This document shows, piece after piece, positions 47,245 to 58,550 of a stretch of DNA of 64,000 nucleotides. A program made the translations under genes and the position numbers. Numbering within the stretch: the stretch's first letter is position 1; every line of letters begins with the position of its first letter. The DNA is from Burkholderiaceae bacterium (GTDB taxonomy: Bacteria > Pseudomonadota > Gammaproteobacteria > Burkholderiales > Burkholderiaceae_C). The stretch spans positions 4,582 to 68,581 of the forward strand of contig JBGAMU010000011.1 of assembly GCA_044222685.1 (NCBI GenBank). Reading direction: 5' to 3'. The notes under the pieces were generated by a model that was not told where the DNA came from, searched no databases, and saw only the letters and a list, made by a program, of their open reading frames with translations.

Positions 47245-47787
47245 TCACGGGCCCCGATACACGAACGTGAACCGAACCAGGGAGTCGAGTGCGCCGCTGC
47301 CGGAGTCAGTGCGCGACATGCGCAGTTCGTCGAGCGCCACGTGCGGCATCGCTTCCAGCACGTCGGCCGTGAAGGCCTTGAGCGCTGCGTACTCGTTGCG
47401 CACGGGGAAGGTGACGCTGTACGACACCAGCGACGTGTTGGGCTCCGCCTTCAGCTGGTAGTCGCCCTTGGCGAGCAGCACGTGGTGTCGTCCAGCGATG
47501 GTGAAGACCGCGGCCAGGTCGCTCGAGCACTGCGTCAGCGGCGGAAAGCGCGACATGAACTCGACCAGCTGTTCGCCGCTGGACGGGCGGCGGGCCGGCG
47601 GCCCTTGGCGTGCCAAGGCGCTGGCCTGTGCCGCCAGCGTCGCTTGCAGCGTCTCTGCCTGGCGACTGACCTGCGGCATCCAGGCGACGGTGAACGCTGC
47701 GAGTGCGAGCAGCAACAACGACAACAGGCCCGCGTAACCCAGGCGGCGCAACGCGAGCTGCCAGCCGATCAGCAGCAGCCGGTTCAT
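47245..47787 (-). CDS. GspM/PilO-like inner-membrane assembly protein
   Basis: MNRLLLIGWQLALRRLGYAGLLSLLLLALAAF TM followed by a coiled-coil-like segment. Call rests on position and size only. Confidence 0.5.
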   Translation of the reverse strand: MNRLLLIGWQLALRRLGYAGLLSLLLLALAAFTVAWMPQVSRQAETLQATLAAQASALARQGPPARRPSSGEQLVEFMSRFPPLTQCSSDLAAVFTIAGRHHVLLAKGDYQLKAEPNTSLVSYSVTFPVRNEYAALKAFTADVLEAMPHVALDELRMSRTDSGSGALDSLVRFTFVYRGP

Positions 47788-48326
47788 GGCGCCACCCCCC
47801 AGCCGGCCTGAACCTGGAAGCGGACCGGTGTGCCCGGTGTCTGCGCCTGCACCTGATGCGAGACCAGCACCACTTGCGACAGGCGTGGGTCCTTCTGCAG
47901 GGCGCTCAGGTACGCCAGCATCTCCTGCAGGTTGCGCGCCTCGGCGGTGAGCCGGATGCTCTTCTTGGCGACCGATGGCTCCACCGAGAGCAGCGCAACG
48001 GACTGGATCGGCGCCGACTCCAGCGTGTCCAGCAGGTCGGCCCATGGCGTGGTCAGGCCCTGCGACACCTTGCTGACCACCCTGGCGCGGGCGGCCTCGC
48101 CGGGCTCCAGTGGCCTTGCACGCGATGCACTGCTGGCGATCGACGTGCGCCGCGCCTCCAGCGCCGCCAGCCGCTCGGCCTGCTCGGCGGTGTCGGCCAC
48201 CATCAGCCCGAGCCGCACCGCGCCGGCGACGAAGAGCACGCCGCTCACCAGCAGCATGGCGGCGCCGCGCGGCGAGATGCGCCGCGTCTGCGGTGCGAAG
48301 TCCAGCTGCAGGCGGGCCGTCTTCAT
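47784..48326 (-). CDS. PilN/GspL(periplasmic)-like assembly protein
   Basis: MKTARLQLDFAP..., one TM (AAMLLVSGVLFVAGAV), a coiled coil and a ferredoxin-like C-terminus; 4-nt overlaps on both sides. Confidence 0.55.
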   Translation of the reverse strand: MKTARLQLDFAPQTRRISPRGAAMLLVSGVLFVAGAVRLGLMVADTAEQAERLAALEARRTSIASSASRARPLEPGEAARARVVSKVSQGLTTPWADLLDTLESAPIQSVALLSVEPSVAKKSIRLTAEARNLQEMLAYLSALQKDPRLSQVVLVSHQVQAQTPGTPVRFQVQAGWGVAP

Positions 48327-49183
48327 GGCGTCGGTGCCTCGCGATCGAACACGGTCCAGCGCGACGCCACGGCCTTGCCGGGCAGCTGCGGCGCCACCAA
48401 CACGTAGGCTGCCTGTTTGTCGACGTCGAGGCCGGCGGTGGCCAGCAGCCGGTCGACCCGCGTGTCCAGCAGCGCGGCGCTGGCCGTCGGCGCCAGCCCG
48501 AACCCGCACATCAGGCGCTGGGCGCGCTCGTTGTGCAGGCCGGGATCCGGCCGGTCCAGCCACGGGCCACTGCTGATCGCGGCAATGGCGCCGTTGAAGA
48601 CCTGCGCCACGACGGCCTCGCGCCCACTCGCCACGGCGAACACCGCCGAGCCGGGCTTCAGCGCCTGCGCATGACGATTCCACTGGACGCAGAAGTCGGG
48701 CTGCACGCGGCGCAGCGCGAGTCGATGGCGTGTCGCGAGTTCGATCAACGCCTGGATCTGTGCCTTGGACACCGCAGCGATCAGCAGGTGGCGACCGCCG
48801 CTCTGCAACTGCCAGCGCACCTCGTGCTGCGCGGCTGCGTCGCCCAGCAGTTCGAGCACGCAGGCAGACGCCACCGCCTGCAGCTGGCGGTCGCTGCTGG
48901 CGGCGAAGTCGCCTTCGACCACGTCGAGATGCAGAAACGCGTCGGCCAGCTCGACGTGAAGCCCGGCACCGGTCAGCGGCATGGTTCGGGCCAGCTCGCC
49001 GAGCACCGCGGCGATGGCGTCGCTCTGCTCGTCGAGAGACGGGCCGGCCGGCGCACCGTCGGCTTCGCCGGATTCGGCATCCCAGGTGCCGGTCGCGTGG
49101 GTCGCACTGGCCATCACCCTCGGCTGCAACCACCCGCACTCCAGCGTGCCGCACACCGAGCCGGGCACGATGCGCAGCCGCAC
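48323..49183 (-). CDS. GspL/PilM-like cytoplasmic assembly protein
   Basis: Call rests on position between gspE and the PilN-like gene. No TM seen. Start uncertain: GTG at 49183 or 49168, or ATG at 49114. Confidence 0.45.
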   Translation of the reverse strand: MRLRIVPGSVCGTLECGWLQPRVMASATHATGTWDAESGEADGAPAGPSLDEQSDAIAAVLGELARTMPLTGAGLHVELADAFLHLDVVEGDFAASSDRQLQAVASACVLELLGDAAAQHEVRWQLQSGGRHLLIAAVSKAQIQALIELATRHRLALRRVQPDFCVQWNRHAQALKPGSAVFAVASGREAVVAQVFNGAIAAISSGPWLDRPDPGLHNERAQRLMCGFGLAPTASAALLDTRVDRLLATAGLDVDKQAAYVLVAPQLPGKAVASRWTVFDREAPTP

Positions 49184-49187
49184 CAGG

Positions 49188-50923
<1,736 letters not shown>

Positions 50924-50927
<4 letters not shown>

Positions 50928-52135
50928 TGGAGGCTGGAGGCGAGATCGAAGATCGGCAGGTACATCAGCACGACGATGGCGCCGATGACCAGACCGATCA
51001 CCACCATCAGCACGGGCTCGAACAGGCGGCTGGTCAGCTCGACCGAGCGCTGCAGACGCGCCTCATGGAAGGCGGCGATGCGCTCGAGGATTTCCGCCAT
51101 TGCACCAGTGCGTTCGGCGACGGCCAGCATGCTCGTCGCCACGGGGTCGGCCAGGCGCGCCTGCTGCAGCGCGTCGCTGATGCTGCGACCCTGCTGGATC
51201 AGCATGACGGCTCGCTCGAGCCGCCCCCGGTCGTCGCTGCCGAGCAGATTGGCGCCGAGCTGCAGTGCCCGCGGCGCGGCAATACCACCCTTGATGAGCA
51301 TGCCCGTCGTGCGGTACAGCTGCGCGTGGCGGAACAGCCGGATCGTCGATCCGATCAACGGCACCGCCTCGATCCAGCGCGCGCGGGCGCCGTTGCGCAG
51401 CACCTGGCGCAGGCTCACGAAGCCCGCCGCCAGCGCCAGCACGACGCCGCCGCCGACGGCTCCCGCGTGTCCGGCGACCAGGCGTCCCCACGTCATCAGC
51501 ACCTGCGACGACCACGGCAGTTCGCGCCGCGTGCTCTCGATGAGCACGGCGAACTTCGGCACCACGAAGCCGAGCAGGAAGACGACCACCAGGCTGCCGA
51601 CCGCCAGCAGCAGCATCGGGTAGACCGCCGCGCCGACCACCTTGTCGCGCAGCGCCTTGATGCTCAGCTGATGCTGGGCGTAGCGCACGAGTGCCGTGCT
51701 GAGATCACCCGTCTGCTCGCTGGCACTGACGGTGGCAATCAGCAGCGGTGGAAACTGATGCGGTTGACGTCCGAATGAGGCCGACAGCGGCAGCCCCTCC
51801 GAGACGCCCCTGACCACGTCGAGCAGCACGGCTCGTCGGGCCGCCACCGTCTCGTTGTTGGCCAGCGTCCGCAAGGCGTCGACGACGGACAGGCCCGCCG
51901 CCAGCAGCGACGCCAGTTCATGCGAGAACGTGGCGATGTCCAAGCCGCCGCGCGGCGAGCCGAGCCAGCGCGTCCTCGAGATAGGCTCCCGCCCGCCACG
52001 CATCGAACAGTCGAGAACCTGAAATCCGCTCTGCGTGGCCCTGGCGCGGGCGGTGAGGGCATCGGGCGCGTCGATGCGCAGGCTTTGCACGGAGCCGCCC
52101 GGCGTGCGCACGACCAGATCGAAGGGGTTTGCCAT
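50924..52135 (-). CDS. gspF: type II secretion platform protein GspF
   Basis: 403 aa with a duplicated GspF/PilC domain and three TM segments; 4-nt overlap with gspE. Confidence 0.95.
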
Positions 52136-52147
52136 CGCGTCGTTGGC

Positions 52148-52573
52148 TCAGGAGCCCCAGGAGGTCACGTCGGTCGCCTCGCCGCTGCCGCCGACCTGTC
52201 GATCGGAGCCGAAGGACGACAGGTCGTAGTCGCCGTGGTCGCCCGGCGACTTGTAGATGTAGCGCACACCCCAGGGATCAGGCGGCACCGCCTTCTTGAG
52301 GTACGGGCCGGCCCATTTGTCGACGTTCTGCGGCCGTGTGTTCAGCGCCTCGAGGCCTTGCTCGCTGGTCGGGTAACTGCCCACGTCGAGCCGGTACTGG
52401 TCGAGCGCCTTCTCGAGCGAGTCGATCTGTGCCCGGGCGATCTTGGTGTTGGACTTGCCCACCTGGTCGAAGAACCGTGGGCCCACCAGGCCGGCAAGCA
52501 GCCCGATGATGACCACCACCACCAGCAGTTCGAGCAATGTGAAGCCGCGGCCGCGGCCGATGCCCTCAGCCAC
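52148..52573 (-). CDS. gspG: major pseudopilin GspG
   Basis: GRGFTLLELLVVVVIIGLLAGLV..., ARAQIDSLEKALDQYRLDVGSYPTSEQGLEAL and DPWGVRYIYKSPGDHGDYDLSSFGSDRQVGG. I chose the GTG at 52573 because the ATG at 52672 would give a 44-aa leader. Confidence 0.9.
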   Translation of the reverse strand: MAEGIGRGRGFTLLELLVVVVIIGLLAGLVGPRFFDQVGKSNTKIARAQIDSLEKALDQYRLDVGSYPTSEQGLEALNTRPQNVDKWAGPYLKKAVPPDPWGVRYIYKSPGDHGDYDLSSFGSDRQVGGSGEATDVTSWGS

Positions 52574-52697
52574 CGGCGTCGGCCGAATGCATCGAAGTGA
52601 AGACCGGGTCGTCACAGCTGAGTGCTCCGTCGTTCGATGCCGGTCCCGGGCAGCGAAATGCGCCCTCGTCATCTGACGAACACTGTTGTTCGACGGT

Positions 52698-52714
52698 CTT
52701 AAAGTCGACTTAAG
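52698..52714. promoter_or_regulatory. near-palindrome CTTAAAGTCGACTTAAG upstream of gspG
   Basis: Read directly in the SLT-gspG intergenic region. It shares the CTTAAG-type half-site with the 23993 palindrome. Confidence 0.25.
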
Positions 52715-52794
52715 TCAGGTAGGGTCACCCCCCCGGATAGGCGGGCGGGTCTGCAGGGATGCGTACCTGCCGCGGCTCGACGCGGCCGTTCGCG

Positions 52795-53439
52795 CTAGAG
52801 CGCGTCCGCGTGCCTGAAGCGTGCCTGAAGCGAGAGCACCTTGGGCACGTAGGCCCGTGTCTCGGCGATGTCGGGGATGCGCCGCCCGGCGCGCATCACC
52901 GCGCCTTCACCCGCGTTGTAGGCCGCCAGCGCGAGCGACACGTCGCCGGCAAAGTAGTCCAGCAGCCAGCGCAGGTAGGCCGTGCCGCCGCGCACGTTGT
53001 CGGCGACGGCATAGGCATCACGCACGTTGAAGCGACGCGCCGTGTCGGGCATCAACTGCATCAACCCCATCGCCCCCTTGCGCGAGCGTGCATGGGGATC
53101 GAAGTTGGATTCGACTGCGATCAAGGCCTTCAGCAGCGCGGCCTCGACAGCGTACTCGCGTGCCACCTCGCCGATCAGGCCGTGCAGTCCCGCGGGAAGG
53201 GGTCGAAGCGCGAACGGGGCGCGTCGCGGTGCGTTCAACGCCGCGTCCGCCTCGGCAGGAGTCGCACCGCCTCGGGCACGCTCGTCGGGAATCAACACCG
53301 TTGGCGTCTGCGCCGATGCGAAGTTGGACAGCACGACGGCGCCGCCCGACTCGACGCCAGGGCCTACGTAGATTTGGGCCTGCGCCGCACCGACGACCAG
53401 GCAGCCGGTGACAAGCTTCGACAGGAACGCGTGCTTCAT
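52795..53439 (-). CDS. lytic transglycosylase (SLT domain), secreted
   Basis: Signal peptide MKHAFLSKLVTGCLVVGAAQA. LIAVESNFDPHARSRKGAMGLMQLMP and AYNAGEGAV. Confidence 0.85.
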   Translation of the reverse strand: MKHAFLSKLVTGCLVVGAAQAQIYVGPGVESGGAVVLSNFASAQTPTVLIPDERARGGATPAEADAALNAPRRAPFALRPLPAGLHGLIGEVAREYAVEAALLKALIAVESNFDPHARSRKGAMGLMQLMPDTARRFNVRDAYAVADNVRGGTAYLRWLLDYFAGDVSLALAAYNAGEGAVMRAGRRIPDIAETRAYVPKVLSLQARFRHADAL

Positions 53440-53643
53440 CGAATCCGTGGCACTGCGCACGGCGCAGCGTTTGGGGTCATTTGACGCTGGCCGGCCGGTG
53501 AGCGCCAGGATGCTGGGACCCGCCACAATAGGTGGGATGTCTCCTACCGAACGGATGGTGATTCACCCGCCATCTCGATTCGGAAGACACCGCCTTGAAA
53601 ACCATGAGGTCGCATCGACCCTTCCGCCGCCGAGAATCACGCC

Positions 53644-54354
53644 ATGCGCCTGCTCTTTGCTGAGGACGACGGGTTGCTCGGCCGCGCGACCTGCGTCGCG
53701 CTGCTCCAGGTCGGCCATGCCGTCGACTGGGTGACGAGTGGCGAGCAGTTGCTGGCCGCGCTGGAGCGCGAGCCCTACGATTGCCTGCTGCTGGATCTCG
53801 GCCTGCCAGGGCTGTCGGGTGAGGATTGCCTTCGCGCCATACGTGCGGGGCAGCGTCGACTGCCGGTGATCGTGTTGACGGCGCGCGGCCAGAAGGACGA
53901 CCGCATAGCGGTTCTCGACCTGGGCGCGGACGACTACATGGTCAAGCCCTACGACCTCGAAGAGATGGCGGCCCGTGTGCGCGCGGTGGTCCGGCGAAAC
54001 CGCGAGAGCGAATCGTCGGAGTTGGCGCATGGGCCGCTGGTGCTGCGGCCGCTGACGCGAACGGTGTTGTGGCAAGGCCAACCCGTCACGCTGACAGGCA
54101 AGGAGTTCATGCTGCTGGAGGCGATGATGCGTGCCACCGATCGAGCGGTGACCCGCGAGCACCTCGAGGCCTCGCTGTACGGCTGGGGCGAGGAGATCGG
54201 CAGCAACGCGGTGGAGGTTCATGTGCACCACCTGCGGCGCAAGCTGAGTCGCCGGCTGATCGTCACCGTCCGGGGTGTGGGCTATCGGCTTGGCGCGGCG
54301 GACCAGCTCGGCGAAACGGTCCACGACGAGGCCGGCGCGCGCGACGCCGGATAA
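53644..54354 (+). CDS. OmpR/QseB-family response regulator
   Basis: MRLLFAEDDGLLG..., LLLDLGLPG, VIVLTARG, DDYMVKPY, and RGVGYRL. Confidence 0.9.
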   Translation: MRLLFAEDDGLLGRATCVALLQVGHAVDWVTSGEQLLAALEREPYDCLLLDLGLPGLSGEDCLRAIRAGQRRLPVIVLTARGQKDDRIAVLDLGADDYMVKPYDLEEMAARVRAVVRRNRESESSELAHGPLVLRPLTRTVLWQGQPVTLTGKEFMLLEAMMRATDRAVTREHLEASLYGWGEEIGSNAVEVHVHHLRRKLSRRLIVTVRGVGYRLGAADQLGETVHDEAGARDAG

Positions 54355-54374
54355 CCCGCCCGCGCACACCTCGG

Positions 54375-54905
54375 CTAACGCATCAGGTCCTTGACGATCT
54401 CTCGGTCGAGCAGCACGAGTTCGGCGGTGTCGCCGTTCGTGTTCAGACCGGCGCTCCGATCGTCACCGGCCGGCATGCGCGGCGATCGCACCACGCAGTC
54501 CCCACTGAGCGGGTCGGCCGCAGCGTAGACGACTTGCCTGCCGCTTTCCCAACGCAGCACCATTTCGTTCAATGCCGACAGTCGTTCGTCGGTGTGCGCG
54601 TCGATGAGGATGACCGCATCGCCGCGTGCGGCCTCCAGGCCCAGCACGAGTGCCGACGCCCGATCGAGCGGGTCATCGAGCGCAATCAAGCGAAAGCCCG
54701 GCAAGTCGCACCACGCGCGCAACACGCGCTCGGTGGCGTCGCCGCTGGCGCGATCGACGACGATGATCTCCCACGGGTATCCGCATTCGGTCAATCGGTC
54801 GCTCAACGCGGGCAGCAGCGTGCGCAACGCGTCAAGGTCGTTCTGCGCGGGCACGACGCAGGAGAGGCAACGGCGCACGCCGTTGAGCTGTGCCCAGCCC
54901 GACAC
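54375..54905 (-). CDS. short family-2 glycosyltransferase-like protein (degenerate DxD)
   Basis: LSCVVPAQNDLDAL...WEIIVVDRASGDAT...GDAVILIDAH. Only ~176 aa and the start is uncertain (track ORF runs to 55079). Confidence 0.5.
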   Translation of the reverse strand: MSGWAQLNGVRRCLSCVVPAQNDLDALRTLLPALSDRLTECGYPWEIIVVDRASGDATERVLRAWCDLPGFRLIALDDPLDRASALVLGLEAARGDAVILIDAHTDERLSALNEMVLRWESGRQVVYAAADPLSGDCVVRSPRMPAGDDRSAGLNTNGDTAELVLLDREIVKDLMR

Positions 54906-55144
54906 ATGGGCCCATGTGACCTCGGAATCGTCGCGATCCGCGGGGTACCAGCGACAGGGCGGGTGACTGGCGGGATGCGACAGCGGCGTATGCACGGGGC
55001 GCCTCGAATGGCCTGGGGTGACTTGATTCTTGTCATGGCCCCTTAAGGACGCATTAAAACGCGTCCGCCGTGTCAACAATGCACGCCTGTCGCCCCGCTC
55101 GATCGTGGGGACGACCGGGGGCCTCGCTTGACACGAGGTTCGGG

Positions 55145-56482
55145 CTACCGGGCAGACGGGTCTTGTGCGTTCTCGTCCGACGCGAAGACCGTCGGTTGCG
55201 GAAAGCTGACCTCAACGCGAAGCCCACCCAGGGGTGACTCACCCAGCGAGAGCCTGGCGCGATGCAGTTCCGCGACCGAGTGGACGATCGACAGACCCAG
55301 CCCAACCCCACCGGCCTGCGTCATGCCGTCGCGGTGCGTGCTCAGCTCCACGCGGCCGCCGTCGGGCGTGTAGGCGATGGCATTGGCCAGCAAGTTGCGC
55401 ATCAGCACCTGCACGGCGAAGCGATGACCGACCATCACATGCACCTGCAGCCGCGCCGCGAATTCCAGGTGCTTGCGAGCACCTCGGTATCCCAGGTCCT
55501 CCATGATCTGCTGATAGAGGTCGGACAGGTCGATCGCTTCGAACTGCGACTCGGCGTCCTTGGGCATCGTCTCGATGCGGGCCAGGTCGAGCAGCTGGTC
55601 GATCAGATGGGCCGCACGATCGGCGCCGACCATCATCGAGTCGAGCGCCTGCCTCAAGTCGTCTGGGGTGCTGGCTTTGGTCGCCAATTGCGCATGTGCG
55701 CGCAGGCCGGCCAGCGGCGTGCGCATCTCGTGCGCGGCAACCGCGGTGAACCCGCGCTCGACGGACAGTGCATGCGCGACCCGTTCGAACAGCGCATCAA
55801 CGGCCTTCAGGATCGGCAGCAGTTCGCGCGGGGGTTGCTCGATGGTGATCGGTGTCATGTCCAGTGGTCTGCGTTCACCCAGCTGGTCGGCGAGGTCATC
55901 GATCGATCGCAACGAGCGTCGTAGCCAGATCCACGTGGTGCCGAACACCAGCGACAGCGGGATCAACAGGAACCCGACGTAATACAGCGTGATGCTGGCG
56001 GTCTGTGTCCAGCGTTCCTCGATGTTCTCGGCCACCTGGACGACGAATTCGCGGTTGTCGGTAGGAACCGCAAAGGTCCGGTACTGCTCCCCCTGCAACC
56101 GGACCGTGTTGAAGCCGAAATGCTCCAGCGGCGTCAGAGGACGATCGGCCGGCGACTCGTGACTGCGCATCAACAGCGAACCGTGTCGGGTCCAGACCTG
56201 AAAGCGATAGAGCAGCGCCACCGAGGGTCTGGTCTTCATGTTCAGCGGCATGCTGTGTATGCCCTCGCGAATCTCCTGCAGTTCCTCCTCGATCTCCTCT
56301 TCCACGAACGCCAGCACGGTAGCGCCCAGGTGCTCGAGCCGGGCGTCCATCATCTGGTCTTCCTCGATGCTGGAGGCCCAGTACATGGCCATGCCACCGA
56401 AGGCCAGCGAGGCCAACAGCGCCACGGCGGCAATCGACAGCAACCGGCTGCGCAGTGACCATGCGGACTGGCGATCTGACAT
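55145..56482 (-). CDS. sensor histidine kinase (QseC/PmrB-like) with shortened ATP-binding domain
   Basis: Two TMs flank a ~150-aa periplasmic domain. H-box VAAHEMRTPLAGL, N-box LMRNLLANAIAY and G2 GVGLGLSIV are present. The G1 (DxGxG) and F boxes are absent. Confidence 0.85.
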   Translation of the reverse strand: MSDRQSAWSLRSRLLSIAAVALLASLAFGGMAMYWASSIEEDQMMDARLEHLGATVLAFVEEEIEEELQEIREGIHSMPLNMKTRPSVALLYRFQVWTRHGSLLMRSHESPADRPLTPLEHFGFNTVRLQGEQYRTFAVPTDNREFVVQVAENIEERWTQTASITLYYVGFLLIPLSLVFGTTWIWLRRSLRSIDDLADQLGERRPLDMTPITIEQPPRELLPILKAVDALFERVAHALSVERGFTAVAAHEMRTPLAGLRAHAQLATKASTPDDLRQALDSMMVGADRAAHLIDQLLDLARIETMPKDAESQFEAIDLSDLYQQIMEDLGYRGARKHLEFAARLQVHVMVGHRFAVQVLMRNLLANAIAYTPDGGRVELSTHRDGMTQAGGVGLGLSIVHSVAELHRARLSLGESPLGGLRVEVSFPQPTVFASDENAQDPSAR

Positions 56483-56483
56483 C

Positions 56484-57020
56484 TCAGGGCAACAGCGCGG
56501 CGACCGGCTGATCCGCCGCGTCGAGCCGGCGGGCAGGAATGCCGTCGGGCGATAACAGGACGATGCGGAAGTCGTGCAGCGTGTGCTCGCCGTAGCGCCA
56601 GTAGTGGATTCCTAGGCTTCGCGCCAGGCGTCGGGTCGATGCCTCGTCGCCCGAAAGGAATCTCCAGTTGCCTCTGGCAAGGCCGCGCTCGACTCGCAAC
56701 CGTGCCCAATCGGACGGGCGATCCTGTGTCGGGTCGAGACCGACGACCACGAAGTTGAGGTCCAGCCGCCGATCGTCTGCGAGCTTCTGGATCTGCTCCA
56801 TCGTGCGCAGGCTGGTCGCGCAGACGCGTCGGCAGGCGCCATAGGCCATCGTCATGACAGTCGTCTGGCCGCGCAAGGCGTTGAGCTCGAAGGGGCGTTG
56901 CTGATCGTCCAGCCATCGCCCGGGCTGACGAAGGATGTCCTGCCCGTTGGCCCCCAGCGAGAAGAGCCAGCCGATCAGCAGGACGAACCAGCGGAAGCGT
57001 GATGTGGAGCCGGCGCGCAT
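56484..57020 (-). CDS. SCO1/SenC-like thioredoxin-fold protein
   Basis: Signal/anchor, MTMAYGACRRVCATS (CxxxC) and GEHTLHDFRIVLLSPDG. Its stop abuts the kinase start. Confidence 0.65.
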   Translation of the reverse strand: MRAGSTSRFRWFVLLIGWLFSLGANGQDILRQPGRWLDDQQRPFELNALRGQTTVMTMAYGACRRVCATSLRTMEQIQKLADDRRLDLNFVVVGLDPTQDRPSDWARLRVERGLARGNWRFLSGDEASTRRLARSLGIHYWRYGEHTLHDFRIVLLSPDGIPARRLDAADQPVAALLP

Positions 57021-57158
57021 GGAGGAATGGGACGCGACCGGGAAAGCCTAACGCAAATCAAGCCGGCCGATCACGCCAATGCTGGCGAAACTGCACGCCT
57101 GCCCTCTAGACTCGGTGCCGCGGGGCCAATTTGGCCGTGAGGGTTCAAGAGGATCGAC

Positions 57159-58541
57159 ATGGCAATCCACCTTGCGACGGGCAGGTTGGCAACCACCCTG
57201 TGCGCGGCGTTGTGCCTCGCGCTCACCTGCGCGGTCGCGCGCGCGGAGACCGACGCGGAGCGCATCCGTCGGCTCGAACAAAGGCTCGCCGCCAATCAAC
57301 GTCTGATCGAGCAACTGGCCGCACGGGTGGCCGAACTGGAGCGCGGGGCCGCGTCGGGTGCAGCCGCCAAGACCGTCGCGGCGCCTGTGCCTCAGGCGGC
57401 GGCATCCGCCGTTGCGCCGCCCGACCAGGCGAAAGCCATCGCCAGCCTGCAAGACAGCGTCAACCAGATCTCCGAAGGGTTGGGTCGGCGGGACGCCGAG
57501 TCGGGGCTGCCGCTGCACGGCTTTGCCGACGTCAGCGCGGGTTGGTCATCAGCGCGGGACCCTCAGCGCCTGCGCGGTTTCAACGCAGGTTCACTCGACA
57601 TCTATTTGACCCCGCAGATCGGCGATCGCGCCAAGGCGTTGGTCGAGGTGGTGTTCGAGTCGCTGCCGGGTGGTGTGCAGGAGGTCGATCCCGAGCGCTT
57701 GCAGATCGGCTACACGGTCAACGACGCGATGACCGTGTGGATGGGCCGCTTCCACACACCGATGGGACAGTGGAACACGTTGTTCCATCACGGGGCGAAT
57801 CTGCAGACCGGCATTTCGCGTCCGCGGTTCATCGACTTCGAGGACAAGGGCGGCTTGCTGCCCACTCACACCGTCGGGCTGTGGGCCAATGGCAAGGTGC
57901 GCCTGGGTGGTTCCCAGCTGACCTACGATGGATACGTCGGCAACGGGCCCAGCATCCGGGATCGAGGCCTCCAGGTCAACACATTCACCGACGACAACGG
58001 CAGCAAGCTCTACGGCCTGAACCTGGGCTATCAACCCCAGACGATGTTCGGCGGTCTGACGGTGGGATTGCATGGCATGGCGACGCGGGTGAACACGTAC
58101 TCAACCAGCGGCGTCCAGCGCGACTCGACGCGCCTACGTATGGCGGGAACGTACCTCGGGTACGACGCAAACGACTGGGACGTCCTTGCAGAGGTGTACC
58201 GACTGGCCAATCGTGAAGCCGGCAGCAGCGCAAGCCGATCCAGTTCCCTCTGGTTCGTTCAGGTTGCTCGCGCCTTGGGGCTGTGGACGCCCTTCGCCCG
58301 CTTGGAGCGTGTTCATCTCGACCCCCTTGATCCCTATTTCGCGAATCAAGCGGCCGGGCGTTCATATCGAAGAGCCACTGCAGGCCTGCGCTACGAGCTT
58401 CACCCGCGAGCGGCACTGAAGGTCGAATTCAGCGACACCCGCGAATCGGCCGCTTCATTGGTTGACGGCGACGGCCTCCAGCAGCCCTTCGAGGCGGCGC
58501 GATACAGGCGGACGGCCGTCGAGTACTCGATTGCCTTCTGA
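57159..58541 (+). CDS. outer-membrane porin (OprO/P-like) with N-terminal coiled coil
   Basis: Signal peptide, ETDAERIRRLEQRLAANQRLIEQLAARVAELE, then beta-strand periodicity ending AVEYSIAF. Confidence 0.7.
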   Translation: MAIHLATGRLATTLCAALCLALTCAVARAETDAERIRRLEQRLAANQRLIEQLAARVAELERGAASGAAAKTVAAPVPQAAASAVAPPDQAKAIASLQDSVNQISEGLGRRDAESGLPLHGFADVSAGWSSARDPQRLRGFNAGSLDIYLTPQIGDRAKALVEVVFESLPGGVQEVDPERLQIGYTVNDAMTVWMGRFHTPMGQWNTLFHHGANLQTGISRPRFIDFEDKGGLLPTHTVGLWANGKVRLGGSQLTYDGYVGNGPSIRDRGLQVNTFTDDNGSKLYGLNLGYQPQTMFGGLTVGLHGMATRVNTYSTSGVQRDSTRLRMAGTYLGYDANDWDVLAEVYRLANREAGSSASRSSSLWFVQVARALGLWTPFARLERVHLDPLDPYFANQAAGRSYRRATAGLRYELHPRAALKVEFSDTRESAASLVDGDGLQQPFEAARYRRTAVEYSIAF

Positions 58542-58550
58542 TCCTCGGCA

